NCBI GenBank assembly: GCA_017512045.1
Contig: JAFWHE010000012.1
Span: 24,935-88,934, forward strand
Length of the DNA stretch: 64,000 bases
Direction: 5' to 3'
From: Candidatus Saccharimonadota bacterium
Lineage (GTDB): Bacteria; Patescibacteriota; Saccharimonadia; Saccharimonadales; Saccharimonadaceae
Within the stretch, counting starts at the first letter, position 1, and every line of letters starts with the position of its first letter. Below, in pieces: positions 49,983 through 59,868 of the stretch. The notes below the pieces were generated by a model. It saw nothing but the letters and a program-made list of their open reading frames with translations, searched no databases and was not told where the DNA came from. Made by a program: the position numbers and the translations under genes.

Positions 49983-50031
49983 AGAAGTCTAGACTTATTC
50001 TAGCACAAAATGTTATAATAAAAAAGCACAA

Positions 50032-50457
50032 ATGGAAAGAATAAAGACATATTTTCGCCGCTTACGCCTGAGGGTGAAACATTGGCTATCTCAGAATAGG
50101 ATGGGCTTTTTGATTGCAGTGGTGGTTTGCCTGGTCTGGACTTGGGGGGCTATCTCTGCGATGAGCCGGAACTGGGAATTAGAGCAGCGCATCGTTAGCA
50201 AGAAAAGAGAGCTGGCGATTTTGCAACTAGAAATAGAAACCATAGAGTTAGAAAATCAATACTATGCATCAGAGGAGTATCAGGAGCTAGCTGCCAGGGA
50301 AAAACGAAATAAGATTGCGGAGGGAGAGACGATGATTTATTTGCCAGAGAATACCGATTATGCCAAGCATAAGAATAATATTATCGAAGAGCCAGAGGAA
50401 GAATCAGAGGAAAAGAGCAATTTTGAACAGTGGATATCATTTATTTTTGGCAGTTAA
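50032..50457 (+). CDS. Septum formation initiator (FtsB/DivIC-like)
   Basis: TM helix, coiled coil, then EEYQELAAREKRNKIAEGETMIYLP. Confidence 0.75.
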   Translation: MERIKTYFRRLRLRVKHWLSQNRMGFLIAVVVCLVWTWGAISAMSRNWELEQRIVSKKRELAILQLEIETIELENQYYASEEYQELAAREKRNKIAEGETMIYLPENTDYAKHKNNIIEEPEEESEEKSNFEQWISFIFGS

Positions 50458-50481
50458 TCAAAATCATGCTAGAATATAAGC

Positions 50482-51297
50482 ATGAGCATGAAGAAATTAT
50501 CTAAGAAATCGAATAGAAAAACTGAAAATACACAGCCTAAGGTGCATGGGCGCTCTGCCACAGAGAATTGCCCAGATCATAAGGGTGCACTTATCTTTAT
50601 TATGGCAACCATCATTATGGGTCTGACGGTAATAATCACCTTTGCAATTATTTGCATACCGAATATCAAGATGGATGAAATTGATACGAATGATGACACT
50701 GTACAGGAACTAATGAGTAGGTATTTCAATGGAGCACCAGCTTGTTTTGATGCTGGTAGAGGATTGTTCGCTAATGAGAAAGTCAATCTAAGTGATTTAA
50801 ATGCTGAGCAGAAGGAAAAGCTTGCTATTGGCTATCTCGCGCATGAGGGCTACGGGAATCTGACCTATACAGAGATGGATGCTCTTTACAAAGAATTCTT
50901 TGGTAAAAACCAGGTACTAGAACAAAAGCTACGTTATGACACTAACGAAGGAAGCTATATTAGCTATCGTCAGGCAGAAGATGGCATAATGCTAAAAGAT
51001 GATGAATATTATCTGGAGACTGATTGCTCTTATGTCCCAGAGGTGGCGATTTGTGTGAATTTGGATAAAGCTTACAAATCAGAAAGTGGCAATTATATGA
51101 AATTTGATATTAATGTCCTGACAAGACAGTTTGAAGAAGAAAAATTATTCTCTGGTATTGGCACAGACGAAGAACTTATAGCAGGAGAGGATGATGCTGA
51201 GGATATTATCACGAAAGCAAAAAAATGGGAAGCAACTTTCGAATATGATAGCAAAGAAGATCTCTATCGTCTCATTTCTACGAAGCCTATAAAATAA
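50482..51297 (+). CDS. Membrane-anchored acidic hypothetical protein
   Basis: Single TM helix; TGcTAGAAT 6 nt upstream of the ATG. Confidence 0.75.
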   Translation: MSMKKLSKKSNRKTENTQPKVHGRSATENCPDHKGALIFIMATIIMGLTVIITFAIICIPNIKMDEIDTNDDTVQELMSRYFNGAPACFDAGRGLFANEKVNLSDLNAEQKEKLAIGYLAHEGYGNLTYTEMDALYKEFFGKNQVLEQKLRYDTNEGSYISYRQAEDGIMLKDDEYYLETDCSYVPEVAICVNLDKAYKSESGNYMKFDINVLTRQFEEEKLFSGIGTDEELIAGEDDAEDIITKAKKWEATFEYDSKEDLYRLISTKPIK

Positions 51298-51363
51298 TTA
51301 GGAAATTTATTAATCTTTCACAAAAAAACTTGCGTTTGAAAATCCTTATGCTAAAATAGTATT

Positions 51364-52071
51364 ATGGATAAAGAAGGTCAAGGTCCAAATTCTGCTGGGG
51401 TTTTTCATTCAGCGAAGATTGGCGATAAAGCAACGCCTGAGTACTTCTCTAACGTACAGGGTGGTAAAAAAGATGATGAGAAAGTGCATAGGCGTCTCAC
51501 TCATCAAACAAGAAAAATATTAATCATAACTCTAAGCATCGTAGCGGCGATCACGCTGATAGTGACATTAGTTTTCGTCATTATTAGTGTGAGTGGAAAG
51601 AAAATCGGCTCTCGCACAGAGGAAGAAATTCCATCTACGCTAGACGACATAGAACTTCGCACTTATGGCGTAGTATATCGCCAAGAGAACGGTGGCTACG
51701 CAGAAGCCTTGACTTATCTGAACAATGTGATTTTAGATCTTTATGATGCAGGGTCGGATGAAAATTTGATTTTTGCAGCACGAGCATTCTTTGCGCAATT
51801 GGTCTATGAGGCTGGAGGTGGCAGTCAGCTTGGCATTCAGGAAGCTTTGAAGCTTTTTAATCAAGCACAGACAGAAAGACAAAAATACATTATCTACACT
51901 ACTTTAGCCAGATTGTATAACTGGGATGGAAATACAGAACTTGGGACCTACTATGATAATTTATCAAATGAGTTAGATGTAGCAGAAAACAAAGTAGAGA
52001 CTAAAGGCGCAAACGAAGAAGGTAATGACTACGTCATAGAAGACGGAGGGGAGGGAACAAATGAAGAGTAG
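51364..52071 (+). CDS. Membrane-anchored helical (TPR-like) protein, first gene of the pilus operon
   Basis: TM helix, then amphipathic helical repeats; overlaps the next gene; promoter TTGCGT/TGcTAAAAT. Confidence 0.7.
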   Translation: MDKEGQGPNSAGVFHSAKIGDKATPEYFSNVQGGKKDDEKVHRRLTHQTRKILIITLSIVAAITLIVTLVFVIISVSGKKIGSRTEEEIPSTLDDIELRTYGVVYRQENGGYAEALTYLNNVILDLYDAGSDENLIFAARAFFAQLVYEAGGGSQLGIQEALKLFNQAQTERQKYIIYTTLARLYNWDGNTELGTYYDNLSNELDVAENKVETKGANEEGNDYVIEDGGEGTNEE

Positions 52072-55000
52072 AAGAATAATATTCACCCTTCTAATCTTGG
52101 CCTGTAGCATTATTGGCGGGGGAATTATTGGGAGGAATGTTTTCGCACGTGAGACTTGGAATGGTTATGGTGGGCCAGGCTCAGACCAGACTGGTGGTAG
52201 CGGTGGTAATGGTAGTGGGAGTAGGTGTTCTGGCAACTCTTGCAATAGTATCATCCATAGTAGCGCTACCGGCTGGGTAGCTGTTCCGGTGACGTCGCCA
52301 AATATGCCGATTTACTCCCCAGGTGTTAGCTACGGTAGTACTTATGTTGAGTCTTCTACGTATTATACTGGCAATGCAGCAGTTGGCTCTACCTTCTATA
52401 TGCATGCGATGTTCGCTACACGTGATGGTATGATTCGTGATGGTAATGGCAATGTACGTTATGTCAAAGCTGGTGATGTCGTCTCTTATATCCCAATGAA
52501 TGGCATTATAGACAAGAATGGAAAACTAGATACTGCCTGGGCAGCTAGCTTCCTAGGTGGTCATAGCAAAGGCCTGTATGGTATTCCAGAATCGCAGGTG
52601 ATGGCAGTTTATGACCAGATGGTAGCAAGAGGTATGATAAAGGATGCTCGTGATATTGCAGCGTTCATGATGACTGGTTTTGGCGGTCTCTTGGATGGGG
52701 CGGAGGAATTGTCTGATGCAGAGCTTGCCTTACTTTTGGAAGAATTGATTAAAATGCTTTGTGAGGCAGGGCAATGTGAGCTGAATCCGCCAGGTAGTGG
52801 AGAGCCACTTCCAAGTTGTAATGAGGGTTCTCATGCTGGTTGGGCTGAGGGCAATGCCTATGTAAAGAATATGACCAAGGGGGAGAGCTGGATGCAGGGT
52901 GGTACTACTTGGGCACGTCCGGGTGATACAGTGCGGTTTAAGATTGACTATTGTTGGGGCGTCGGTGCAGTCGGTGGTAGCCTCGGTAATCCATCTTCCC
53001 CATGGGCGATTTATCCAGGTGGCGCAGCGACACATGAGTTTGGTACAGTGGACGAGGTCTGGTTCGCCATTTCTGCAGTGCGTAGTGAGAAATATCTATT
53101 CGGTGAACACGAGCGCGCTATCTCTGGCGGTAGCAATAACAAGAAGAATCTTCTCACCAATCCACATATGGATACTATCGGTGCGACGGGTGTAGATTTC
53201 TCTAATAGCGATGTAGAGAAAACTGGTAATTATGCTTTTCTAGTCTTATCGCCAAGTTCCAAGGATGAGGGAACGTATAATTGTCAGATCTTTGATTTCT
53301 CACCGTATTGGGTACCATTTGGCTATCAAGTTCCGGGTGTAGCGACTGGTGGCTGTGGGGCGATTAGTAATAATGGTGGCAATATGTCTGATGTCGGCTA
53401 CTCTCTTTCTCAGACTATCAGATATAATTATGCGACAGCTTGGCAGATGTGGAAACACGAAGAAACAGGCGTGTGTATTAGCCAGTGTACGCATGACCCA
53501 GAGGGCGCGGTGCCATATATTGATGGCAAACAGGTACGTAATTTGGACGATCTTAATAAGCTAGACGAGAACAACTCCAATGCTTACCCAGATAAATTCC
53601 CGAGCCTGCAAGCAGCGCGTTCTACTCCTGGTAAGTGGGGACTAATCTGGAAGCACAAGAACGATACTGCCTTGCACTTAAAAGACTGCGATTTGCCAGC
53701 TTGTAGCTGTGCCTGGTATCACTGGGAGCCACAAGGATGTTGGAGATGTCTAGAGTGGGATACTTGTCACACATGTGATGATAATGGAGACTGTCACGAA
53801 TATACATGCTGTGCATCTGGTGAACACTATGGTTGTAACCAAAAATGTAGCTGCGGCAAGGACGAATGTCATAAGATTGGTGCTAAACCGGTATATCCAG
53901 TCTATAACTATGAAACTGCTATGCAAGATTTGGGTGAGAGATCTTCTACAGCTACGGTCAATGTGCCATATAGCTATAGAACTAGTACAGAATCCTATAT
54001 CAATGCAGACGATATCATCTACCTAGGCGAGGATGTACAGTCTAGCTTCACTGTAGATATTTTGCCACGTATCGTGAGCGAAGTTCGCTCTGATGAAGCC
54101 TATGCTACCATTGTGGATGGAGAAATCAGAGCAGTAGAGTTCATTGTCTCTGCTGATAGTGGGCCAAATGTTACTGGTGGGCCAAGGGTAGACGTAGACC
54201 CATGTACATATTATCAGGGTAAGATGACCGTGATTAGCCCGGGCTGTAACACTATCTGGTCACTCTCTGGCGGATTAAACGAAGAGGGACGCTATGGTGG
54301 CAAGACATATCATGATACAGAACGTCGTGTAGTACCAGATTTAGAGAGATATCCAGTTGGTTCCAAGTATTGTGTGGCGGTAGGTATTTCTACCACGGAT
54401 TCTCACTCTAATTATGGTCCAGATGATATGACTGTCTCTGGTATGAGCAGTCCAAGTGGCTGGCGTGTATCCAATGCTTCTTGTCGCACGATTGCGAAGA
54501 AGCCTACCTTCCAGGTTTGGAATGGCGGCCTCTACACCAATGGCAATATCTATACCAGCACGACAAAGAAGAATGTTGGCGTAGACTTGGGTGGTGATCC
54601 TAATCCTAATCGTCTCTTTGGTTCCTGGGATGAGTATCACGTGGTAGCAGCTGGTGAGGTGGTGAACTTCGCTTCTGGTGCAGCTACTGGTTATGCTGGT
54701 GTGCCATCTCTGGGCTTACCAGGTGGCGTGGCGCCGGATACTAGCTACTGTGACCGATCTAAGAAGACGATAGCCAATGATCAGTGTGGCGGCTATGTGA
54801 CTGGCAAGTCTGGCATCAATACTTCTATGGATACCACGATAGAGCGTCTCTACTCACGCTATACTATGGACACTACTGGCCAGGGTATCAGCTTCCTGGA
54901 TAACGGTGCAGTCTATGTCTATAGTGACGGTGATCTCCGTACTAGCCAGATTAACAAGACCGGTGGCCCGCAGCTAGACCGTGAAGAAAAGCGCGGTGCA

Positions 55001-55678
55001 ATGAATGAAGCGGTTAACTTTAGCAATAACTATATCTTAAAGCGTAAAGGTAAGATTGATGATGCGAGCACACAGACTACATCTAACTATGCTAGCAACG
55101 CTCTAGTAATCTATGTCAAGGGCAATCTCACTATAGATACAAATATTTGTTATGGTGATGGTAATTGTATCAATAATGCTGGTAACACTGAGTCTACTGG
55201 TGCCTGGAGTGGCTGGGTTACTACCCAAGATTGGAGGCTTGGTGCTAGGAATAGTGGATACTTCACTAATATCTATAGCTTGCCACAGGTCATCTTGATT
55301 GTGGATGGTAATGTAGAAGTAGATAGAAATGTGGACCAGATAGATGCCTGGATTATCACACGTGGCGTGATTGACACCTGTGCTCCATTCTCAGTAGGAA
55401 CGAGCGGTGCGGATCTTTGTACAAAGACACTGGTGTTTAATGGCCCAGTAATAGCAGATCGCTTAGCCCTAAACCGCTCAGCTGGTGCTGACCCAGGTGC
55501 GGGTAGACCAGACGACAATGGTAATGTGCTAAATCGCAACATTGCTAACGATGGATCCATCGCTCCGGGAGAGATATTTAACTTCCGTACGGATTCACTC
55601 TACTGGGCATACTCACAGGCGCAACGCTTCTCTCAAGCTAATGTCACTTACACGCGTGAATTAGCGCCTCGCTACTAA
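52061..55678 (+). CDS. 1205-aa secreted putative type IV pilus tip adhesin (PilC/PilY1-position) with a Cys-rich insert
   Basis: Sec-type signal; Gly-rich N-terminus; beta-rich modules; 14-Cys segment; C-terminal YVKGNLTID...LVFNGPVIAD...PGEIFN; directly upstream of four pilins. Confidence 0.7.
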   Translation: MKSRRIIFTLLILACSIIGGGIIGRNVFARETWNGYGGPGSDQTGGSGGNGSGSRCSGNSCNSIIHSSATGWVAVPVTSPNMPIYSPGVSYGSTYVESSTYYTGNAAVGSTFYMHAMFATRDGMIRDGNGNVRYVKAGDVVSYIPMNGIIDKNGKLDTAWAASFLGGHSKGLYGIPESQVMAVYDQMVARGMIKDARDIAAFMMTGFGGLLDGAEELSDAELALLLEELIKMLCEAGQCELNPPGSGEPLPSCNEGSHAGWAEGNAYVKNMTKGESWMQGGTTWARPGDTVRFKIDYCWGVGAVGGSLGNPSSPWAIYPGGAATHEFGTVDEVWFAISAVRSEKYLFGEHERAISGGSNNKKNLLTNPHMDTIGATGVDFSNSDVEKTGNYAFLVLSPSSKDEGTYNCQIFDFSPYWVPFGYQVPGVATGGCGAISNNGGNMSDVGYSLSQTIRYNYATAWQMWKHEETGVCISQCTHDPEGAVPYIDGKQVRNLDDLNKLDENNSNAYPDKFPSLQAARSTPGKWGLIWKHKNDTALHLKDCDLPACSCAWYHWEPQGCWRCLEWDTCHTCDDNGDCHEYTCCASGEHYGCNQKCSCGKDECHKIGAKPVYPVYNYETAMQDLGERSSTATVNVPYSYRTSTESYINADDIIYLGEDVQSSFTVDILPRIVSEVRSDEAYATIVDGEIRAVEFIVSADSGPNVTGGPRVDVDPCTYYQGKMTVISPGCNTIWSLSGGLNEEGRYGGKTYHDTERRVVPDLERYPVGSKYCVAVGISTTDSHSNYGPDDMTVSGMSSPSGWRVSNASCRTIAKKPTFQVWNGGLYTNGNIYTSTTKKNVGVDLGGDPNPNRLFGSWDEYHVVAAGEVVNFASGAATGYAGVPSLGLPGGVAPDTSYCDRSKKTIANDQCGGYVTGKSGINTSMDTTIERLYSRYTMDTTGQGISFLDNGAVYVYSDGDLRTSQINKTGGPQLDREEKRGAMNEAVNFSNNYILKRKGKIDDASTQTTSNYASNALVIYVKGNLTIDTNICYGDGNCINNAGNTESTGAWSGWVTTQDWRLGARNSGYFTNIYSLPQVILIVDGNVEVDRNVDQIDAWIITRGVIDTCAPFSVGTSGADLCTKTLVFNGPVIADRLALNRSAGADPGAGRPDDNGNVLNRNIANDGSIAPGEIFNFRTDSLYWAYSQAQRFSQANVTYTRELAPRY

Positions 55679-55697
55679 AAAGATAAAAAGGGAGAAA

Positions 55698-56711
55698 ATG
55701 GGCAGGTTGAATAGAAACGGCAAAAGCAGGAAAGGCTTCACCATGATAGAGGTCATCCTTTTCCTCGCCGTTTCTTCAATCATGCTGACAGCCTTTATGG
55801 TAACAATCTCTGGTAGAATTGGCAATCAGCGTTATAATGATGCAACTAATAGCTTCGTTGATTTCCTGCGCTCGGTTTATTCCAAGGCAATCAATGTCCA
55901 GAATTTTCGCCAGGATAAGATTTCTTCCCAGGATCAGTATTATTGTACGCTCACTGGCCAGATGGCGTACAACCACGATGTATATGATACTAATACTGAC
56001 ACTCCTACTAAGATGGACGAGAGCTATCCTGGCAGATCATCTTGTGCTATTTACGGCAAGCTGATTTCCTTTGGCGAAAGGAATCAGGAGACAATATATG
56101 TCTATGATATAATTGGCAAAGCGATAGATTTTAACAATCCAATCTTTGAGGACGGAACTAGGCCAAGCACTATAGCGGGGGAATTGGCGGCGGTGCATGC
56201 AGATGTTTTTTCCTTTAATGCGGATGGAAACGAGAATGGCAAGTTTTCTTTGAATACAGCAGCTAACTATGAAACGTATCTTCCTGAATGGGGAACTACC
56301 ATAGAAAGTCCTACCAAAGATAACAAGCTATTTCACGGTGCAGTCTTAATTGTTCGCGCGCCGTCATCTGGTGGTATTAAGACTTATTTCCTGAACAAAA
56401 CTTTGCCTATCCAGGAACTGATTGATGACACTCAGCTGGATAATAAAAATGCATCGGATGTCGGCAATGTGGCAGTAGAAGTCAATAGCAAGGGTGCATT
56501 GATTACCCCGTATTTGGAGCAAACAGAGCAAGGCAATACTAACCCTGATGAAGCTTTTGTGATGAAAGAAGTAGATTTCTGCATTGCGACCGGTGATTTG
56601 TTTGCCGGGGTATCGGTCAGAAATGATATTAGATTGCGTGAAGATGGACATAACTCCACTGCTGTAGAATTTGTAGAAAAAGATGAGGGAGGGAATAACA
56701 GATGCAGATAA
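55698..56711 (+). CDS. Minor type IV pilin-like protein
   Basis: Class III signal RKG|FTMIEVILFLAVSS (E5). Confidence 0.85.
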   Translation: MGRLNRNGKSRKGFTMIEVILFLAVSSIMLTAFMVTISGRIGNQRYNDATNSFVDFLRSVYSKAINVQNFRQDKISSQDQYYCTLTGQMAYNHDVYDTNTDTPTKMDESYPGRSSCAIYGKLISFGERNQETIYVYDIIGKAIDFNNPIFEDGTRPSTIAGELAAVHADVFSFNADGNENGKFSLNTAANYETYLPEWGTTIESPTKDNKLFHGAVLIVRAPSSGGIKTYFLNKTLPIQELIDDTQLDNKNASDVGNVAVEVNSKGALITPYLEQTEQGNTNPDEAFVMKEVDFCIATGDLFAGVSVRNDIRLREDGHNSTAVEFVEKDEGGNNRCR

Positions 56712-57550
56712 AACGTGGCGATACATTGGTAGAAGTAGTATTTGCAATCGCTATCTTTGCGTTGGTGGCTATTATTTCTATCAATGCGATGAATGGTGGT
56801 CTCAGTGTGGCGCAGCAGTCTTTGGAAATTACGATGACTAGAAATGAGATGGATGCTCAAGCGGAAGCTTTGCGTTTTGTCCATAACGCTTTTGCGTTGG
56901 AAAGAGAGCTGGTGGTAGAAAAACAGCAATATCGTGATCTCTGGTACAAGCTAACGCGTGATAGTAATTCTGGTATTGAGCCAGGTATGGCGAATACTCC
57001 AGATGCTCTGCCAGAACTAGCCGTTACATCTTGCAACCAGATTTATGAAAACGGTGGTGATAAGAGTATCTTAGGCAACCATGATTTAACTGCTTTCGTA
57101 ATGAACACTAGGGCAATAGATCCAGATGATAAGACCTTCGCCCCAGAGATTACAAATGAAGGTGCCAGGTTAGATCAGATTGTTGTATCTACTAAGGTCA
57201 GTAATGCTTCATCTGTATTTACGGAAACTGCAGTTAATCCACGCTTAATCTTTACAGATCGCCAATCTGTTGGTATTGACCCAACTACTAATAATTCTGA
57301 TGCACAGCTTTCCGAACAAGGAGAATTTCGCTATCTAGCTAAGGCAGAAGGAATATGGATTATTGCGGTGAAGGATAAATCCAGGAGTAGTGGTGTTACC
57401 AATGCTACACCGGAATTCTTTGATTTCCATATCCGCTCTTGTTGGTTTGGCCCTGGCGCGACTGCGCCGAGCACGATTGGTACCATTGTCAGATTATATA
57501 ATCCAGAAGTCGTAGAGAACGTAACAATATTTAATTTGGGGAATAGCTAA
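56702..57550 (+). CDS. Minor type IV pilin-like protein (PilV-like position)
   Basis: KRG|DTLVEVVFAIAIF (E5). Confidence 0.85.
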   Translation: MQIKRGDTLVEVVFAIAIFALVAIISINAMNGGLSVAQQSLEITMTRNEMDAQAEALRFVHNAFALERELVVEKQQYRDLWYKLTRDSNSGIEPGMANTPDALPELAVTSCNQIYENGGDKSILGNHDLTAFVMNTRAIDPDDKTFAPEITNEGARLDQIVVSTKVSNASSVFTETAVNPRLIFTDRQSVGIDPTTNNSDAQLSEQGEFRYLAKAEGIWIIAVKDKSRSSGVTNATPEFFDFHIRSCWFGPGATAPSTIGTIVRLYNPEVVENVTIFNLGNS

Positions 57551-58437
57551 TGAGTAGTAATAAGAATACAAGGAAGAAAGGATTCACGCTGATAGAGCTA
57601 ACATTGGCACTTGCATTTATTTCTGTAATGTTGATTATGGTAGCAGTTCTGATTATGCAAATGACAACGATTTATCAGAAGACTCTCACTATCAAATCCG
57701 TCAATGCTACTGGGCGTGAGATTATAGATGACATCTCCCGTAGGATTAGTGAGTCTACCTTAATTAGCACGCGCTATTATTGTAGTCAGACGGTGGATGA
57801 GGGCCATCAAAAGGAATGTATGGATGACAATGCCTATAAATATATTTATCATCAGAACAGCAGCAAGAATTTTCGTGTACGTGGTAAGGAGCCAGAGCAA
57901 GCTCTACCGACGAATGGCACTTTTTGTACGGGACTTTATTCCTATATTTGGAACACTGGCTACGTCTTGAATCCAGAGAATGAATATAGCGATAACTATC
58001 GTGCTAAAATCAAGTATAATAATGGTGAAGGTACTGTAGAAAGTGATACTTTCCGCCTAGTGAGAGTGTTTGATAGCGCTGGTAGTGTCTGCAAAGCCAA
58101 TCTCAACGCGGCAACTTATGCCTTTGACGAGACAATAAATAACCCAACCTATAATTTACCAGAAGAGCCAGTAGAGTTAATTACTAATTCTGAGTCTGAT
58201 TTAGCCATCTATGATATGATGGTTTTCCATCCAGCGCGCCATGCTTATTCTGGGCAGGCATTTTATTCTGGCTTCTTCATCCTGGCGACGCTTCAGGGAG
58301 AAGTAGATATTAATGCAAGCAGCGACTATTGTAAATCCCCGCCGAGCAATCTGATTACGGAATTTACATATTGTGCGATAAATAAATTTAACTTTGCCTC
58401 ACAGGCAACAGGAGAGGAGATAACAGATGGTAACTAA
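57550..58437 (+). CDS. Minor type IV pilin-like protein (PilW-like position)
   Basis: KKG|FTLIELTLALAFI (E5). Confidence 0.85.
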   Translation: MSSNKNTRKKGFTLIELTLALAFISVMLIMVAVLIMQMTTIYQKTLTIKSVNATGREIIDDISRRISESTLISTRYYCSQTVDEGHQKECMDDNAYKYIYHQNSSKNFRVRGKEPEQALPTNGTFCTGLYSYIWNTGYVLNPENEYSDNYRAKIKYNNGEGTVESDTFRLVRVFDSAGSVCKANLNAATYAFDETINNPTYNLPEEPVELITNSESDLAIYDMMVFHPARHAYSGQAFYSGFFILATLQGEVDINASSDYCKSPPSNLITEFTYCAINKFNFASQATGEEITDGN

Positions 58438-59770
58438 ACCAAAACAACTAAAAACCAAAAGAGGAGGTGTGTCACTATACATCGTGGTGTTTATGACGCT
58501 GATGTTTGGCGTGATTGCGCTCGGATTTATCCGTATCGTGTTGAATGACGCTAAGGAAACATCCAATACAGATCTTTATAACTCTGCTTATGATTCTGCT
58601 CTGGCCGGTATTGAGGACGCAAAGATTGCTCTAATTAAGTACCACGATTGTCTATCACAGGGTGCTACACCAGATGGTAATGCTTCTGATGGTAGCTGTC
58701 CAAAGATTGTCTACGAAATGCAACGTTCTATTGCAGAGGATTCTTGTGATGTAGTGCAGAGAGTATTAGCCAGGGACCAGGATGATAAAGATGGCGTGAT
58801 CATTCAAGAAACTCAAGACCAGAATGACGATAATAGTACGGCCTATATGGAGCAGGCATATACTTGTGTGAAAATTACCGAAGAAACGCCGAACTATCTC
58901 ACTACTTTGACTAAAAGCGATAATACTAGAATCGTACCAATTCACTCCGCTGATTTAGCTGGCGTGGGCGCTATTCAGCTTGGCTGGTTCTCTAATGCTA
59001 ATGCTACTGATTATGTTAATAATGCTGGTAAGGGCGATAGTACCAAATATATGGGAGGTAAACTTCTCAGTGGCGGTACCGTCTATGCTCCTCCGGTAGT
59101 TACCTTCGAAATCTTCCAGACTGATACTGTATCGGGTAATGCTAACTGTCCAAAGACTGGTGGTACAGTACCTGTGACGGATGACTCCCCATGCTTCACT
59201 ATTGGTGAACTGAGCACTAATAATACTAATAGATCTGGTACAGATCATGCCTTGCTCATGCTATATCCAGTAAAGGAAGATAGAAACAATACTATTTCTG
59301 CTGCTACCGTTTTGGATCATTCTGATAAAGATAATAACGACAAGATTGATATTCAATGTAAGCCAGATAATAATGGTTACTATTGTAACGCTACGATTAT
59401 TCTACCGGATACTTTCCGTCATACTCAGCGTCGTGCTACTGGTACTAGCTTTATCAAGATGACTTTGCCATATGATCGCCCAGACACAGATATATCTCTG
59501 TTCTTCTGTGAGGGTAATGGTGGTGATTGTAGTAAGACAAAGAACTTAACTGGTGTTCAGGCTGCAATTGACTCTGTCGGTCGTGCCAATGACCTTTATC
59601 GCCGTTTGGAAGCACGCGTGGAATTGGTAGACCTCTACTACCCATATCCAGAATATGCCGTATATCTAGGTGGTAGCGGTGATATTAATAAGAGCTTTTA
59701 TGTGACACGCAACTGTTGGCATGCTAACAACGGTAATGTTGGCTACTGTCCAAATAGCCGCTATATCTAA
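58427..59770 (+). CDS. PilX-like minor pilin
   Basis: KRGG|VSLYIVVFMTL (no E5), AYDSALAGIEDA as in PilX/GspK N-termini. Confidence 0.8.
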   Translation: MVTKPKQLKTKRGGVSLYIVVFMTLMFGVIALGFIRIVLNDAKETSNTDLYNSAYDSALAGIEDAKIALIKYHDCLSQGATPDGNASDGSCPKIVYEMQRSIAEDSCDVVQRVLARDQDDKDGVIIQETQDQNDDNSTAYMEQAYTCVKITEETPNYLTTLTKSDNTRIVPIHSADLAGVGAIQLGWFSNANATDYVNNAGKGDSTKYMGGKLLSGGTVYAPPVVTFEIFQTDTVSGNANCPKTGGTVPVTDDSPCFTIGELSTNNTNRSGTDHALLMLYPVKEDRNNTISAATVLDHSDKDNNDKIDIQCKPDNNGYYCNATIILPDTFRHTQRRATGTSFIKMTLPYDRPDTDISLFFCEGNGGDCSKTKNLTGVQAAIDSVGRANDLYRRLEARVELVDLYYPYPEYAVYLGGSGDINKSFYVTRNCWHANNGNVGYCPNSRYI

Positions 59771-59784
59771 AACTAGTACTAGTT

Positions 59785-59812
59785 AAACAAGGTCACATCT
59801 GTGGCCTTGTTT
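59785..59812 (+). terminator. Intrinsic terminator of the pilus operon
   Basis: AAACAAGGTCAC-ATCT-GTGGCCTTGTTT. Confidence 0.75.
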
Positions 59813-59868
59813 CTATAGGTATGTAACAGATCGCGCAAAAATCTCAAAATTGTGTTAAAATATGTTAA

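Noticed and set aside
59771-59784. Perfect 14-bp palindrome AACTAGTACTAGTT after the pilus operon
   Set aside because: Single AT-rich occurrence next to a terminator, not upstream of a recognisable promoter; cannot be supported as an operator.
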